A stretch of 64,000 bases of DNA from the human T2T-CHM13v2.0 reference genome, Homo sapiens. Positions 14,625 through 35,099 of this stretch are shown one piece after another (within the stretch, counting starts at the first letter, position 1; every line of letters begins with the position of its first letter). Below the pieces are notes generated by a model. It worked only from the letters and a program-made list of their open reading frames with translations, had not been told where the DNA came from and made no database searches. The stretch lies in the NCBI RefSeq assembly GCF_009914755.1, contig NC_060947.1. One strand, given 5' to 3'. The position numbers and the translations under genes were made by a program.

Positions 14625-14723
14625 CTGGTTTAAATGTCGATCTTATATTTGAGGAATGGGTTGCAACACGATTAACCACATCTTGCTTCCTCCTTTCCTT
14701 AGCAATCTCGTTTGCTGCAGCAA
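14625..14723 (-). CDS. MAP7D3: MAP7D3 exon 2 (99 nt, VAAANEIAKERRKQ...RSTFKP)
   Basis: Acceptor TTTTAG| at 14724, donor G|GTAT at 14625; frame continues from exon 1 (G+TT=Val). Confidence 0.95.
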
Positions 14724-16159
14724 CTAAAATACAGGGAGATAAAAGGATTAGATGTTAAGAATACGGATAGCTAACACAGGAGTCAGCAAACCACGGCCAA
14801 TTGTATTTGATGATAAAGGATAGGATCACTTCTATAAATCATGACTGATTTCATCTGGGTCAACAACAAAGATATATTGAACACCTATGATCTTCAACAA
14901 CACTTTAACAAAGAATTTAAAGTGTTTACTATGATGGGCCAGGGTATTTGTAGACATAAAGATAATTGAGTTGTTAGTGGCGGTGGCAGCATAAGTTTGT
15001 GGATGAGTAGGAGCCAATGATTAATAGGTTTTAAAAATGTCTCAAACAAAACATTACACCAAGTGTTAGAAATACTGAGCTGGCGAGGAATTGGGAAAAT
15101 TAAGTTTCACCATAAATTGGGAATTCAGAAGATAACAGGTTAAGAATTTATGGATCTGAATTGGGAAGCAAAGTGTTAACAGTGAAATACTCAGTGAAAG
15201 ATCAGGCCCAACCAATGTTAAGGAGTACATTTATAAATTACCTAAATTAGGGGCTTTCTATCCTGGTTGCACACTGGAATCACCTAACTCACTTTTAGAA
15301 AATCAGCAATGCCTGCCTGCCCGCTCCCCATCACCAGTCTCTGGCTGTGGGGCCCAGGCATCTACAATTGTTGAGCTCTATTCTGATGCATATTGAAGGT
15401 GGAGAAATAAATATTCTTTTAGAAGAAGTAATCTCCAATGAGATGGTATCATTCTAGGTAGATGTCAAGCAAACAAATATAAATTATACAAGGTGCAAAC
15501 AAACGTGTAAACAGGCAGAAAAGTGATAAACTTCAATAAGGGTGAAGTGTAAGATTAGGAAAGCACAGTATGAGGAAAAGTAAGAAAACTAAAATTCCAG
15601 GATGACACACATGAGTTATTATAGGGGAATCCCTGAACCCTTTAATTCCACACATGGCTATATCTAAAATGTCCCACAATACTGAGCATCTTCAGAAAGA
15701 GTATTGAAAATAACACTGAAAACTAACTCTGTTCTTCTTTTGTAGAAAAGCACAGGAAGTAAGCCCCTGTGATGCTGCATACAAGTCTGGTTTCTATGTA
15801 TTGAGAAAAATGTAACAGTTGAAGATGGGCAGTTAAAGTAACTGAGGGAATAGAGGGGCTGTCCTTGGACTTATGAAATGAATGAACTCTGAGGTGTTAA
15901 TTGCTACTGAGGGAGTTATTTTACAGCATAATCTTGAAAATGACATCACAATTGCTGCCGTAAGGATCACCATTTTTTTTTTTTTTTTTACCCCAGAGGC
16001 CGAACAGCCCAGATAATATATGACCTAGCTTAATTTGAGGATTAGACTCTTCTCAGCTTCCTTAATAATTTAAGTACTGGCAATTCCATGGACCACAATT
16101 ATTTTCTGAATTTGAGCACTAGTATATTAACAAAAATTCTTGGTCTATAGACACTCCTA

Positions 16160-16573
<414 letters not shown>

Positions 16574-17089
16574 GTATACTTTTACCAGGCTAATTAAAAA
16601 TCTTATTAAACAGAAATAACCTTAGAAGTAGCTGTGGTGAGAATAATGAACCGAATCATATAAAGGTTAATGTGGTAGTAGTATCAAATCTGATTTTTAG
16701 ACCTTTGTATCCAAATTCCTACTGGTAAGAAATACATTAACAGAAAGGACAGGGTTTAAAAATTATTTAAAATGTCCAGAAAATGGGATAACACCTTTAT
16801 GTCTGGATATAATAAAGTCAACATTTTATTCAACTTCATTGAATGAAAGAATTTACTTAACATGCATTTAAATGAATGAGGGAATTTACTTAATATTCAG
16901 TTAAAAGTAACAGCAAGGTATTTCTGTAGTCCTTATACTAATTCTAAATCCAAAATTAAAGTAAAAGTTATATTTTGCCCAGAGATTAAATAAGAAAATG
17001 TGTAGTGTATTACTAAAACTGAATTATGAATCTTAATCTGTATTTATAGAACTTTTCTAAAAACTTCCATAACACATATTATATACCAT

Positions 17090-17635
17090 TTCACCATTTA
17101 CAAAGTTCATTTGTATTACTTCATGTAATTCTTACAACAATCCTATAAAGTGGACGTAATTATTTTCCCCAATTTTTTTTATAGTTGAAAAAACTGAAGC
17201 TAAACATAACTTTCCCAGTTCACACAGGTAGTAAGTGGTGAAGCCAGAACTTGATTTAACTGTAAATTTCAAAGCAACTTTATTTTGAAATATTAAGAAA
17301 AAATAACAGGAAAAGAAATCTGCCATCAGAGAACCATAAAAATCAGGCAGATTCACAGAATTTTGCCTCAAATAGCAAAAGCCAAAGTCATAGGGCTGAG
17401 ACTTTCAGAAGACCTCCAAGTTCAAACCAAAGATAGCATGTCTTGAAGACAAAACTGGAGACAATTTTCTACCATTTAGAGCTGTCTACAATGGAATGGC
17501 TACTTGGAAAAATATTAAGCTCCTCATGAGAGTGCCCATTCAAGTGGCAGAAGTGCCCCAGGATTTTACAGCTGGGACTCTGGATGCCTGACAAGATCAT
17601 CTTAAGGTTTCTCCAACTCTAAAATTCTATGATAA
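17090..17635. mobile_element. MIR and MIR3/L3-like fragments
   Basis: MIR core (AAACTGAAGCT...CACACAG...GAAGCCAGAACTTGA) and the CCAACTCTAAAATTCTATGA terminus. Confidence 0.55.
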
Positions 17636-19669
17636 TCTAGCTGTCAATCTCCGTAGCTTTTTCTGCATTGGTAGAAATTATTCTTTGAAAAAGTTATTCT
17701 AAACTGAGAAACACTGGTGAATTTAGAAAAACAAGAAGGGAAAGGTGATACGTCAGTGGCAAGTTTCTTATGCTCATCTGGTTGAAATATTCAAATAAAT
17801 TTTTATTTTAAAACAATTCTGCATAAAAATATAAACACGTGTTTTGTTAAATATTTGGTATGCTACAACCTCAGCACAGTGCTATGCACAGAAAACATCA
17901 CTCAACAAATATATATTTACACTTTATATGTAACACATATATATATACATGTATCTATTGCATGCATACATAAATGTATAAAATAAATGTATTTTGACTG
18001 TGCTATGCATTTATATGTTATGTATTCAAGACAGTTTTAACTCTTGCTGCCAGACTGCCAGCAGAAGATGAAAACAACATTTTAGCAAAAACATCTGTCT
18101 CCTTGACCCCTTCAGGAAAACGCTGAGATCTAAAGGGCAGTTCTGGTAAAGTTGGTGCTCTGTGAAAAAAGTCTAACATGCGATATTTACAATTCCTAAC
18201 ATGAAGTGGGCAGCAAGGTTTTAAACCAGGGTCCTAGGTTAAGACTTTTACATGGCTCTTAAGTTTTTGGTTTGAAATGCTGTGAATTCCAGTATCTGTC
18301 CCATATATAATTTTAAAACACTTTCCAACATCTGATATACAAATGCTTTTAGGGGTTTATCCGGTTCACAGCTTCTTCACCATATTGGAGTAATGCTGGT
18401 TAATCTAAATCACTGAAATAAACCAGTGCCTGAGAGCCACAGGTACCAATAAGCAACACAATTTATTGGAGACTGTCTTTCTAGGTGAACCATAAGTATA
18501 GACACGGAAGGAAGATTCTTTTCTCCCTAATGAATGGTGAAAGTGTATGTAGTATATGCTTCTGACACAGTCTTTGGAGAGCTGATTCAAAGTCTTCTCA
18601 AGTAACATATAGCTTCCCAATCGTAAACAATCTAACTTTTTAATTGCAAATGCAAAAAAACCCCTAAGAAATTCAATTAAAATTAATAAAATCGTTTTAT
18701 TCGCGCTCATAGCAGAGGGAACTAGTCTAACAGGCTAAAAGCAACCTCCTGAAAGGAAGAAATCCTATCTCAGGTAGTGGAGCAGTCTCCTGGACCAAGC
18801 AATGTGCTGTCAAATTGTATAAGATTAACGGTTTTCGAGGAGGGAAAAACGTTTTGGCGATGGGACTAGTTGAGGAAAAAGCACTCTGAAGTGCTGATTC
18901 CCGTTCAGTTCAGCCTAGAGACTGCAAGATGTCCCACAGAAGATGACATCTTGTTGAAGTCATGTGCTACAGCAGGCAAATCAGGAGATGCAAAGAGCCA
19001 AGTTTCATCCCAACTTTTAAAGCAACTTTTAAGCATCCCCACCCTCACCCAGCTTCCTCCCTGGACCTTGACCGGGAGGGTGCAGGAGGTAAGCCTTTGG
19101 GAGAGGCAAGGACTGCGACAGTAAAAGCGCCTAAACTCGCCCACGACCCGGGCTGGGGGATAACTCAAACTTTCCGTGCCTGGAAAGGCTGCCTGGCGGC
19201 GGAGGCGGCGCCGGCGCGCGGAGTCCCTGCGGGCGCCCGCACATCCCAGGCAGCTGTGCGTTCGTTGGGGCGGTTGCGCGGGCGGCCACCGCCCCCCAAG
19301 GGCAGATGGGGCACGGGGCGGTCCGCGGGGTCCGGCTTCCAGCCGCCCCCGCCCCGCCCGTCGAAGCAGAGCCCGTGAGTTGCCTCGCGCCGCGTCCGCG
19401 GGGCTCAGACCGTTGGCAGCGGCAGTTCGACCGTTGGCGGCGGGACTCAGGCGGCTCGCGGCGTCGGCTGACAATTTCAACCCCCCGCCCCCGCCCCTGT
19501 CCCATCCCAGGGCACTCCGGCGGGGGTGAGGGGAGGACCAGATAGCACGAGGCGACTCCAGGGAAAAGTTTTGTGGCGCCCGCTGCGCCGCTCCGACGGC
19601 CCGGGGACTGCGGGAACCCTGCCTCCCACGCGGGCCCGAACCACCCCCGGGAGCCACCCGCCCGCTCAC

Positions 19670-19739
19670 CCATCCGTGCCCGCAGCTCTCTCAAGGATGG
19701 GCTGCCGCCAGCGCCAGCTGCGGCGCCGTCCGCCATCAT
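19670..19739 (-). CDS. MAP7D3: MAP7D3 coding exon 1 (70 nt, MMADGAAAGAGGSPSLRELRARM, ends phase 1)
   Basis: ATGATG at 19739; peptide matches the recalled MAP7D3 N-terminus; donor G|GTGAGC at 19670/19669; lies in a CpG island. Confidence 0.95.
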
Positions 19740-19829
19740 CGGAGTCGGGACCGGAGGCGGTGGTGGCTCTCCGCATACATTGCGCAGGCGTCGGCGCGGC
19801 CTCCGCTTGGGTCGTGGCCGGGCTGCCGG

Positions 19830-19863
19830 TGGGCGGGGCGGGGCGGGGCGGGGCGGGGCGGGG
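19830..19863. promoter_or_regulatory. Tandem GGGGC array (Sp/KLF GC boxes; G-quadruplex-capable)
   Basis: gggcggggcggggcggggcggggcggggcgggg about 90 bp upstream of the ATG. Confidence 0.75.
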
Positions 19864-20747
19864 CCCGAAGGGCCACCGCGCCCGCCTCGGACCTGCGAAC
19901 CGGGCAGGATTGCCCCTTGCGTCCCACGTCCTGACCGGCTGGGCAGCGACTACCTGGTCTAAAGAAACCCTCTCCTATGTTCCGTGCTCTGCCCCTACTG
20001 CATTGTGAGGACTAGCCAATCAGCACCCAGCTTGGCCCCCCCAACATTCCTTTCTTCACCTTTACCTAGCAACACAGTAACATTCCTTCCTCATTCATTC
20101 ATTCATTTAAAGAACATTTACGGCGTGCCTCCTGGGTGCGCTTGTATCATGAGTTTACTAGTCCTTGAAACATTACACAAAGAAAGACCCAAGTTGGGGG
20201 AAGAAGCCTAGGGAGAGGTTGGGAGTCGCAGGCTTGCTTTGAGGTGCTAGGGGCCCCATCATGAGTAGGCTTCCCTAAACTGTTGCACAATAAATCATGA
20301 CACATAGGTCTCAAAGTTGGGTGAAATATCTTTAAGATGTTTGTGAGTCTTCAAAGAGAGGCAGAGGACTTATTGGCATCAATCTCTCCGGATTTTGGGA
20401 GAGACTCTACCAGGTTGCAGAATGTTTTTCCCATTCACAAGGAAAACCGTCATTGGCCTGAGGCTCCTTTAAGGGGCAGACCTCACTTCATGGGGGCTTG
20501 CCCTTATGAGGTGGAGTCACCACTGTTGTGAGTGTGTGTGTAGTGACATAGTTGTAGGCACGCAGTTTATGGTTGGGGCCATTAAGTGTGGTGCAGGAGA
20601 TCCCAAAATGGGGCTGGACCACTTGTGAGATGGGCACTTTGGCGAGACCACTGAGTCTCCAAATGACATGGGAGCTGTAAAATGGAAGAAGCTAATAATA
20701 GCATATATTACATATGTTAGCAATGATAGCATAAGTTACATATATTA

Positions 20748-21489
<742 letters not shown>

Positions 21490-21699
21490 TAGTGGCAAAA
21501 ATAAACAGTTTGGCATTATAACTCCCGAAGCTCTGCTTCTAAGTAAATACAGAGACCAATGCTTTGCATGATATCCAGGATGGTAGCCATTCATGATTAT
21601 TAATACGACACACATATGATTAGGGTGCCCACAAAACACACACACATACACAAACACAAGTTCAGCTTTCATGACCTTATCTGGAACTCCGCAAACAGA

Positions 21700-22090
21700 A
21701 AATTTAGCAAAACACATCAGCTTTGTAGTTTCTTGCAAAAATGTTGAACCCAAATCTAATAATGAAGAAACATTCAGACAGAGATAGAGACTGTGATATA
21801 GTCCACAAAATAACTGGCCCCAATGCTTCAAAATATTAGTGTCATGAAAGACTAACAACAAAAATCAGAGAAGTGTTCCAGATCACAGGAGGCTAAAGAG
21901 ACCACATGCAATGTATGATCCTTGATTACAACCCTAATTTTTAAAAGAAGCTTGAAAGGGCATACGTTACTGGCATAATTAGAAAATTTGAATATGAACT
22001 GTATGGTACATGATATTGTATCAAGGTCAAATTTCTTGGGTGTGGGAATGATGTTGTAGTCACCTAGGAAAATGCACTTCTTCTTAAGAA
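21700..22090 (+). mobile_element. Old L1 (L1MC/L1ME-like) 3' region
   Basis: Similar to 62050-62420 (CCAGATCACAGGAGGCTAAAGAGAC...ATGCAATG...GATCCTTGATT). Confidence 0.6.
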
Positions 22091-22097
22091 ATAAATA

Positions 22098-22802
<705 letters not shown>

Positions 22803-23312
22803 TAAACACTGTCACTTTGAAAAATAAAATTTGATTGGGAATTACACATGGGGAGGCACCCTACTAGTCTTTTCAGTGTTTAGAGCCTCTAAAGGCCTCA
22901 GTCCAGCCAGGGTGTAGGAGGAAGAGGGGAGATAAGACATCCAGGAATAACCACATACAGGTGGCATGAGTAGGATTTAGGCGAGTAACTGAAACGGCTT
23001 CCAAGGGCTAAGGGATGAGAAATCAGTCCTGTTTGGAGTGATCAGAGAAGTCTTTGTGGAAGAATTAGCACTTATTCTGGGCCTGAGATGGGGACTGTGG
23101 GAACCACCTCCAAAAGCGAGTAACCACGTCTTAATTCCAGCCCATGGTCGCTGAGTGGGCAGATGGGCCCATCTGTGGCCAGATATTCCCACTTTTCAAA
23201 ATAAACTCGAAATCTGGATCTTAATGTAAAATCTATTTTTAAATGATGACATTAAAAGTAAAAACAAAAACAAAAACAAACAAACAACAAAAACAAACAA
23301 ACAAAAAAAAAC

Positions 23313-23638
<326 letters not shown>

Positions 23639-24682
23639 ATGGTGCAGGGCAGTGTTCAAATTTCCAAATTGCCTCATTTAAAAAATCTTTGAATAAAAAT
23701 TCAAACAAGGTCCATACATTGCATTATTTGATATGCCTTTTAATCTGTAGATATAACTTCTTTCTCTCTAACATCATTGGTAGATTACTGTGAGATTTAG
23801 TATTCATTTAGTAGGTAAATTATTCAATTAATCTTTTATTAACCACCTACTCTGTGACTAGCAGTGTGGGGACAAATACATATGGAAGGAAGCCCTGCCC
23901 TCTAGGGTCCCCAATCTCATTGACTCTAAACTAATGACTTACATCAGGGTCCCTTTAGATGTTTCCTTGGGGCTACAGAAGCTCACCAAGGAGCTCCCAC
24001 GAGACTGTACATTTCTGAGAAAAAAATATTGGAACTGAAAGCTATCAGCTTGGGGACAGTGGAGTTTATTCTGGAGCCAAAACAGACTCAGAGCTGGGAA
24101 AGAACCCAGGCGGCTCCTCTCCTCTCCTCTCCTCCCCGTATTTGGAAAGCATGTGTTCCCCAGCGAGCAGAGAAGAACTGGAATCCTGCTCGCTTTTTCT
24201 TCCTTCTAGGCTATTTTTTCCCCTTAAACCTTACACCCTTGGGAAAAACATTCAGAAACCACAGTCATAACAGGTCTAGAAATTGCCACATTTGTTTCTA
24301 TTAAAAGATGAAGTTTTTTAAAAAATTGAACTTACATATAATAAACATTTAGTGAGCTTACCAATCTAGCGAATTTGCATGCAAACTGCCACCACCACAG
24401 TCCTGTACTATGAGTTTTAAGCTTACCAGCCATGCGATGGCTTTTTCTCTCCATTCTTAACGACCTGTTAGATTCCTTGTCATATACACAGTTGAGACAA
24501 GGCTCTGGTTTTGTGTTCTTTCTCCTCTCGTTGCTCACTCTTGTCCTGCATCTGTTGTAGCTTGACTGTGATGCCCGGGAAGAGTGATGTTTCCTTCTGG
24601 ACTCATCTCTTGCCAAATCTACTCACATTTTCCTTCCTTTTCCCACATCTGCGCTTTCTTCCCTCCTAAGTTACAGACTTAC

Positions 24683-24698
24683 CTCGGGGGCTGGTCAT
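24683..24698 (-). CDS. MAP7D3: Coding part of a candidate alternative distal first exon (MTSPR, phase 1, in frame with exon 2)
   Basis: ATG ACC AGC CCC CGA G|GTAAGT is a consensus donor; agrees with my recollection of an MTSPR-start isoform. Confidence 0.75.
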
Positions 24699-25069
24699 GT
24701 CTCACTTGGTTGATGGCAGCCTTCTCAGCTCTGGAATTCCCACTGCAGCACTGCTCCCCCACCAACAACTGACACTTCAGTACCCCTCCTTCCTGTGGCA
24801 CAGAGGACCAGGGTGACCCTGCTGTCTAATTTCAACAGGCTGCTCTGTACCATTTCCTTTTAGGTCTTCCCTGGGGTGGAGGCGCTGATTTTCATAGCCT
24901 GAGCTCACCAGGGAGGGGGCAGTGAACTTCTGAGGAGAGGAAAAAGAGGCTCCCACTGCCATTTCCCTCCAAAGTGGGAATGTAGACGAACCTCAGAGAG
25001 GAAGGGTGTGGCAGTGGGGGCAATTTGCTTAGAGTAGTACATAAGCCGAGGAAACTGCCTGGTTGATAG

Positions 25070-25626
<557 letters not shown>

Positions 25627-28600
25627 TCCTCCCAATTTCCAGTTGACAAGCCCTTGGACACTATTAATTCCTCACCCTTGTCTTCCACTTCTTCCTTGAT
25701 CCAATCCTCACACTCTGGCTACAGAGCCTTTTGAAAGTTACACTTTCTAATTGGTAAGGTCTCCCACAACTACATCTCCTAACATGAGTGTTGGTACAGC
25801 TGTCTGTTAAGCCTCTAATGAAATCGACTCAAACTATTGAAGAAGAAAGCATTGAAAATGGGTGTTTAGTTGATGGTTACAATAAAAGCCCAGACACTTC
25901 ACCACTACAAAACTGCACTTGTACCCCTTAAAGTTATACAGATTAAAAAAAATGGGTGTTTAATGTATATCTTGCAAGGGAGATAGATATGACTCCTTTT
26001 AAGCAGGCTTCCTTCTAGAAAGGCTCAGAAGAGTCAATAAATGCTGAGTACATGGGACTGATTTCAAAATACATGTATAAAGGAAGATGTGCCACATTTA
26101 TCATGCTGTGTATCCTGTAAAGAATATTTATGGAATGAATAAAAGAGAGTACTAGAAGCCCCCTGGGTACTGAAGGAGGAAGAAATGAAAATGCTTTGGA
26201 TGGCCACCCCAGTGTTGAAAAGATCTAGACTTAAAATTATTAAAGGGCAAGAAAATGTCCTCATTTTTTTTTCTTGACTTCAAATAAAGTACAGCAAACA
26301 TGGGCTGTGCCTCCTCATTCCAAATACAGGCCTGCAATATAAGGGAAGCTTCAGAGGATGCCAAAAAGCAGAAAGTATCAAGGGATGCCCTTTAAAGACA
26401 CTTTGGAATTTCTAATAGAGCTAAAAATTGGTAAAATCCAGATAGGAAAAAATGAGAAGAAAATAGGAGTTAACATAGATTTCTGGGCCCCATTCCCAGA
26501 GTTTCTGATTCTATAAGTGTTATTATTTATATGACATCCATTCCTGAGTATACTGAACAATGTCTTGTGTGATGACAATTACTGCTGAGTATTTAATACC
26601 ATTACACTTTGATAATGGAAAATATTAGAGATTCTAATACAGATCTAGTATTGTGTACATTGTGGAATATATATATGTATATATATGTATATGTATACGT
26701 ATATGTGTGTGTATATATACATATATTTTTTTTAACTCAGAGCAGGCAGATGCTTTGCCCTGGGTTACATTGAAAGCCAAGGTAGCACCATGACATTACC
26801 AGCGAGCATGACAAGGCAGGGAAGCACATCACAATACAGACAGGTGGAGGTGGTGGTGTACGTCACCTATAGGGAGATGCAGCAGAGATGCCTGATGGCA
26901 TTTCATATCACAATGCCCTGTGCCAGAGTCTGATACAACGCACTGCATACACGATTTTCTCTTTTCCCCACAAAGGACAGTACACGCACAAAGCCAACTA
27001 CATTTTAAAATGAGCTAGCTAGATGAATGAAGGAGAAGTAAAAACATCCAGATCACACACAGAAAGTGAGACACAGAAGAAACTCTTCTCCTATAAACTG
27101 AGAGAGATGTTTCCCCGGGAAAATTGGTCAGATTCAGAGTAGACCATGTCCCCTCATCCACTGCACTCAGCCCCCAGTTTTTCATGCTGCAAACTCAGAT
27201 GTCTCTGTGGCAGAGGGAATGGTTTGTTGCTTTGAGTGTTGATCTAGACATCTGGAAGCTCTGTGGCTGGGAGGAATCTCATCCATACTTATGTATTGTA
27301 CTTCATTAATCATCAAGTCCTATCTGGGGCTACATGGTGTTCTAAAGTCTTAGATTATAAACACTTTGAGATTCAACCTGAAGGCATTTTCACTGGTTAA
27401 AAATCTGTTCTTGCTGTGGTTCTTCTTGAGAGAATGTCCCTTTGCAAAACTCAGTTGTCAATGGGCTGATACAGTTGTGTAGCTGAAAGCCTTCACTGTA
27501 AACCTCATTGTTTTTTTCATGGCCAGTTCACAGCCCTATTTAAAGAATGTGTACTTTGGGAGAAAAAGGGCCTGAGAATATAAAGGGACCTGTGTGGGCA
27601 ATCTCCAGGGCATGTGGGTCTATTGGCATGCACGCATGGGTAGCCAAGAGTCAAAGCAAGTTTTGCCAATGGATTCCCATCATCTTTGCATGCAGGTCAG
27701 GTGAAGGACTCAGCAAAAACAGAGCAAAAGTTCTGAGGCTCAGGTTAACCCAACAGCAAACACTTCAAGGCCCACAAGGAGAGTATTCAGGAAGAGACTT
27801 GAGGTAGATGAGGAGAAGAAAAAAAGTGCAGGTTATCCCTGAGGCCAATGGGTAAATAGACCATTTTCCTCTGTTCTCATGAAAGACACATACACTTGGA
27901 TTTTGCTTTTCTTTAGTTTCCAGATGTTACTGTTGAGAACATATCAAGGATGTCAGAACTAGGAACAACTGTCAAGGCCACCTACTTTAGTCCTTTTACT
28001 TTCCTCCGAGGCTCAGAGAGAGGTGTTGACTCAACTTCCTGTGGCTGGAACCGAAGTCTCCTGACACCCTATCTAATGAATGTTCTTTCCTCTACGCACA
28101 CGTGAAAGGCTGCCTAAACAATCTTTTGGGAGGAAAAAAAAAAAAGTGAGAATTGCTGATCCAATGCTGGGAACCATTATGTAATCCAGCTGGAATTTGG
28201 CCTATATCCTCCCAATGAAACTGAAAAGGGGATAGGAGGGAATTAAATGGAGATGTTGCAAAGTTTTGAAAGATGTACTGTTTGACAACTTGTTCTTTTT
28301 GTAAAGGTTCCTGTGAATTGGCCTTTACCTGCTGTTCCAGACTCATTCCTCACTACTTTCTCCCAGGAACTCTTTTTTGCACAGGTGAAACCAGGACGTC
28401 TCCTGAGCCTACAAGGGCCTCTGCTTTGATCTTTGCTCTTCCCCCACCTCACCGAGGCATGATTCAAATTCAGGATAATCTGATTCCAGAGCTCGCAAGC
28501 TTTCCATCAGTAGGAGGAGTCAGAGGAAGAGAGGGCCACTAAAAATGTTGCCTGGGAGCCTATGCCAAAGGCCAAACGAGCAGCCACATCAAATTTCCAT

Positions 28601-29609
28601 CTGAATCTGGGAGTTAGGATGGGAATGGGGGAAATGGCCAAGCTCTAGTGTACCTGAGTGGCTTCATGGAAGAAATGGCTATTTCTTGAATGGTGAGTTT
28701 TTTTATATGTTGTCCTCAGAGCTTAGGACAAGGCAGGGAATCGCATCACAATACAGGGAGGTGAGCGACACATCACCAACAGGGAGGTGCAACAGGGATG
28801 CTGATGGCATTTTACCACAATGCCCTTCTTTAATACTGTGTAGAAGGTTTGTGTTCAATAAGTTTTGTTGTTGATCATGATGACATTTATTATTATGCCT
28901 GGGGATAATTAATTCAACTGAAACATACTCAGGAGGAACTGTTTCGTTTTTTGGTACTAACCAGTTCTTTTCTTTCTCTCTCCTTTTGCTGGGGGCGGGG
29001 GAGAGATATGTGCACCCAATTCCGGGATACTGCAGAAAAGGCTGATGTAAGAAGGGAGGTGTGAGAAATAAAGTACTGACTTCAATTTTGGTTCTGTAGA
29101 AATATTTGGGTAGCCGGCTTGGTGGTGTTTTCATGATTAAAAATGACCCAGTGTGTGTGCTTGACAGGAACATGGACCACAGCATGCCTGACATATGCTT
29201 TTTACCATCTCCATATGTCTCATTTATATCTTAATCCACAGCCTGCTGGGAAATAGCAGGGTAAGACAGCACTTGGGGGACCTCTGTTAGTTGGTCTCAT
29301 GCTATTTTCTTAGCCTATGGTATTCACACATCCTCCACTCTGAGCTGGAATTTGGCCCTGGGCCTGTGCAATTGCCATAGGGCTGACTGCAGGGAAAAGA
29401 AAATTTGAAATGTGAAATGACTTTGTTCAAATATGAGTCAAGGATGTGTTCAGTCTGTTTATAGAAGGAGGAAATGACATTTGAAGAAAATTGGTTCAGG
29501 GAGAAATGCTGTCATTATATAAGCATTCATAGTTTAGTAACAGACTGGTGAAGAGAGTAACTGATTGGCTAACTTGCGAACCCCCTGAAAGTGTCCTTTA
29601 TCCACTGCA

Positions 29610-30170
29610 GTGTGGTGAGGGGCTTTGGAACTGAACACATCTGGGCCTGGGTCCCAGTTCTGCCACTTAAGGACTTTGTGACCTTGAGCCTCAGTTTTCT
29701 CATCTGTAACATGAGCATAATGACAATTTCTTATAACTGCTCCATTGTTATTCAAATCAGGTGATATAAAAGATCAGATACAGTGCCCAATGTACAGTAC
29801 AGGCTCAATAAAAAAAAGATTGTTAGTAGTAATAATAGCTAATAGTTTGAAGGAATTTACCGTGTGTCAGGCACCGAGTCATACACTTTATTTACATTGC
29901 AGCCTCACTTATTCCTGACAATAATGCTATGAGGCCGGGCGCAGTGGCTCACGCCTGTAATCTCAGCATTTTGGGAGGCCAAGACTGGCAGATGGCTTGA
30001 GCCTAGGAGTTCGAGACCAGCCTGGGCAACATAGTGAGACCTCTTCTCTACAAAAAATCAAGAAATGAGGCAGGAGGATATCTTGAGCCCAGGAGGTCGA
30101 GGCTGCAATGACCCATGATTGCACCACTGCATCACTCCAGCCTGGGGGACCCTGCCTCACAAAAAAAAAA
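29610..30170. mobile_element. MIR fragments and a partial AluJ (+, 29933-30170)
   Basis: GAGCCTCAGTTTTCTCATCTGTAA MIR core; AluJ-type sequence. Confidence 0.8.
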
Positions 30171-30933
30171 TGCTATGAAGTCAGTAGAATTATCCCCTCA
30201 AATGCTGTTACTATTAATAATGATAATAATATACATACCACGTAGCTCAGACTGCAATAGATAATTCCATGCTTCCTGATCCTGTCCCAACTCAAAAGTT
30301 ACCTGAAAGCCTTTTCTTTTTCTTCTCCCTTCACCTTTACCCTAAATGTCCTCATTTGTGAACAGAGGGCTGGGGATGTTTTACCAGGTGATTTAGAGAC
30401 TAAAGACAGGAGGCCAAGAAAACAAAGCATTTTGCAACCCAAATGCTGGCAGAGGGATTTGCAGTTAGAAACGAGATCAAGTTTTTTAGGCAAAGAATAA
30501 TAATTGTGTGTAACTATCCAACAAAGATGCTTGTTTGGGGAGAAATAAACGCAGGACTCATTCATATTTTCGAAGTCTTTTTAAAGACCAGAATGCTGGC
30601 GCTTCACAGAATGTCAGTACCCTTTGTGTTCCTGCCCTGCCCCTTCCCCTACCTTCCTCAGCTGTTGTGGGGGAGAAGGCCTGTTTCAGAAGAAGACAAG
30701 GTAGGGTCTATTCCCTTGAGGTGCTGATAAAACGTTGTCCAGTTGCAGACACCCCTCCCCCTCCCCCAAGCTTGTCTCCTGATGGAAGAAGCCAGAAGGC
30801 AGGAACAAATATAGTCTCAACAGACTGCAGCTACTACAGTGCTTGAACTCTCCCCTCATTTCTTACAAGTGGAAACAGCCTTACTGGAAGAGTGATCTTG
30901 CAAGAAGAGAAAACATCTATCAAGAGTAAGGCA

Positions 30934-34702
<3,769 letters not shown>

Positions 34703-35099
34703 TTCCTGGCCTTTTTCTAACTTACTCTTTCTGTGCAGAATCTTGGAGCAGAAATGGCCATGCTGATACACAACAGGACAAACAGTTTCTGCATATCAAT
34801 ACTAGGCAAAATCTCACAAAACCCACACACAGAAGTGGGAACATGAAAAGTCCTTCGCCAAATCAAACATTGGAGATACACAAATTCATGGACAAAAAGG
34901 TGATTTTGGTATCAAAGATTAGCTAATAAGAAAAGACTGTCTTTTTTTTTTTTTTTTTTAGCGAGAAAAGTCTGACTCTGGATCTGTGAATCCATATCCT
35001 TGAATTTGAACATTTAGCCCACTGGATTTGGGGTGCCTGTCCTGACTTCTGTTACAAATAGTCAATGATTTAATTATAATAAGTAATTAAAAAAATATC

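Larger units (their letters stand above)
19130..19960. promoter_or_regulatory. CpG island / MAP7D3 proximal promoter
   Basis: Very high GC and CpG density spanning exon 1. Confidence 0.92.

Noticed and set aside
18905-20008. Several long overlapping ORFs (up to 254 aa)
   Set aside because: Stop-codon depletion in the GC-rich CpG island; only 19670-19739 is supported as coding
26665-26730. (TA/TG)n tracts, also near 17930, 39190 and 40380
   Set aside because: Ordinary microsatellites
28703-29194. 163-aa minus-strand ORF in unique sequence
   Set aside because: No recognisable domain or exon structure; probably a chance ORF
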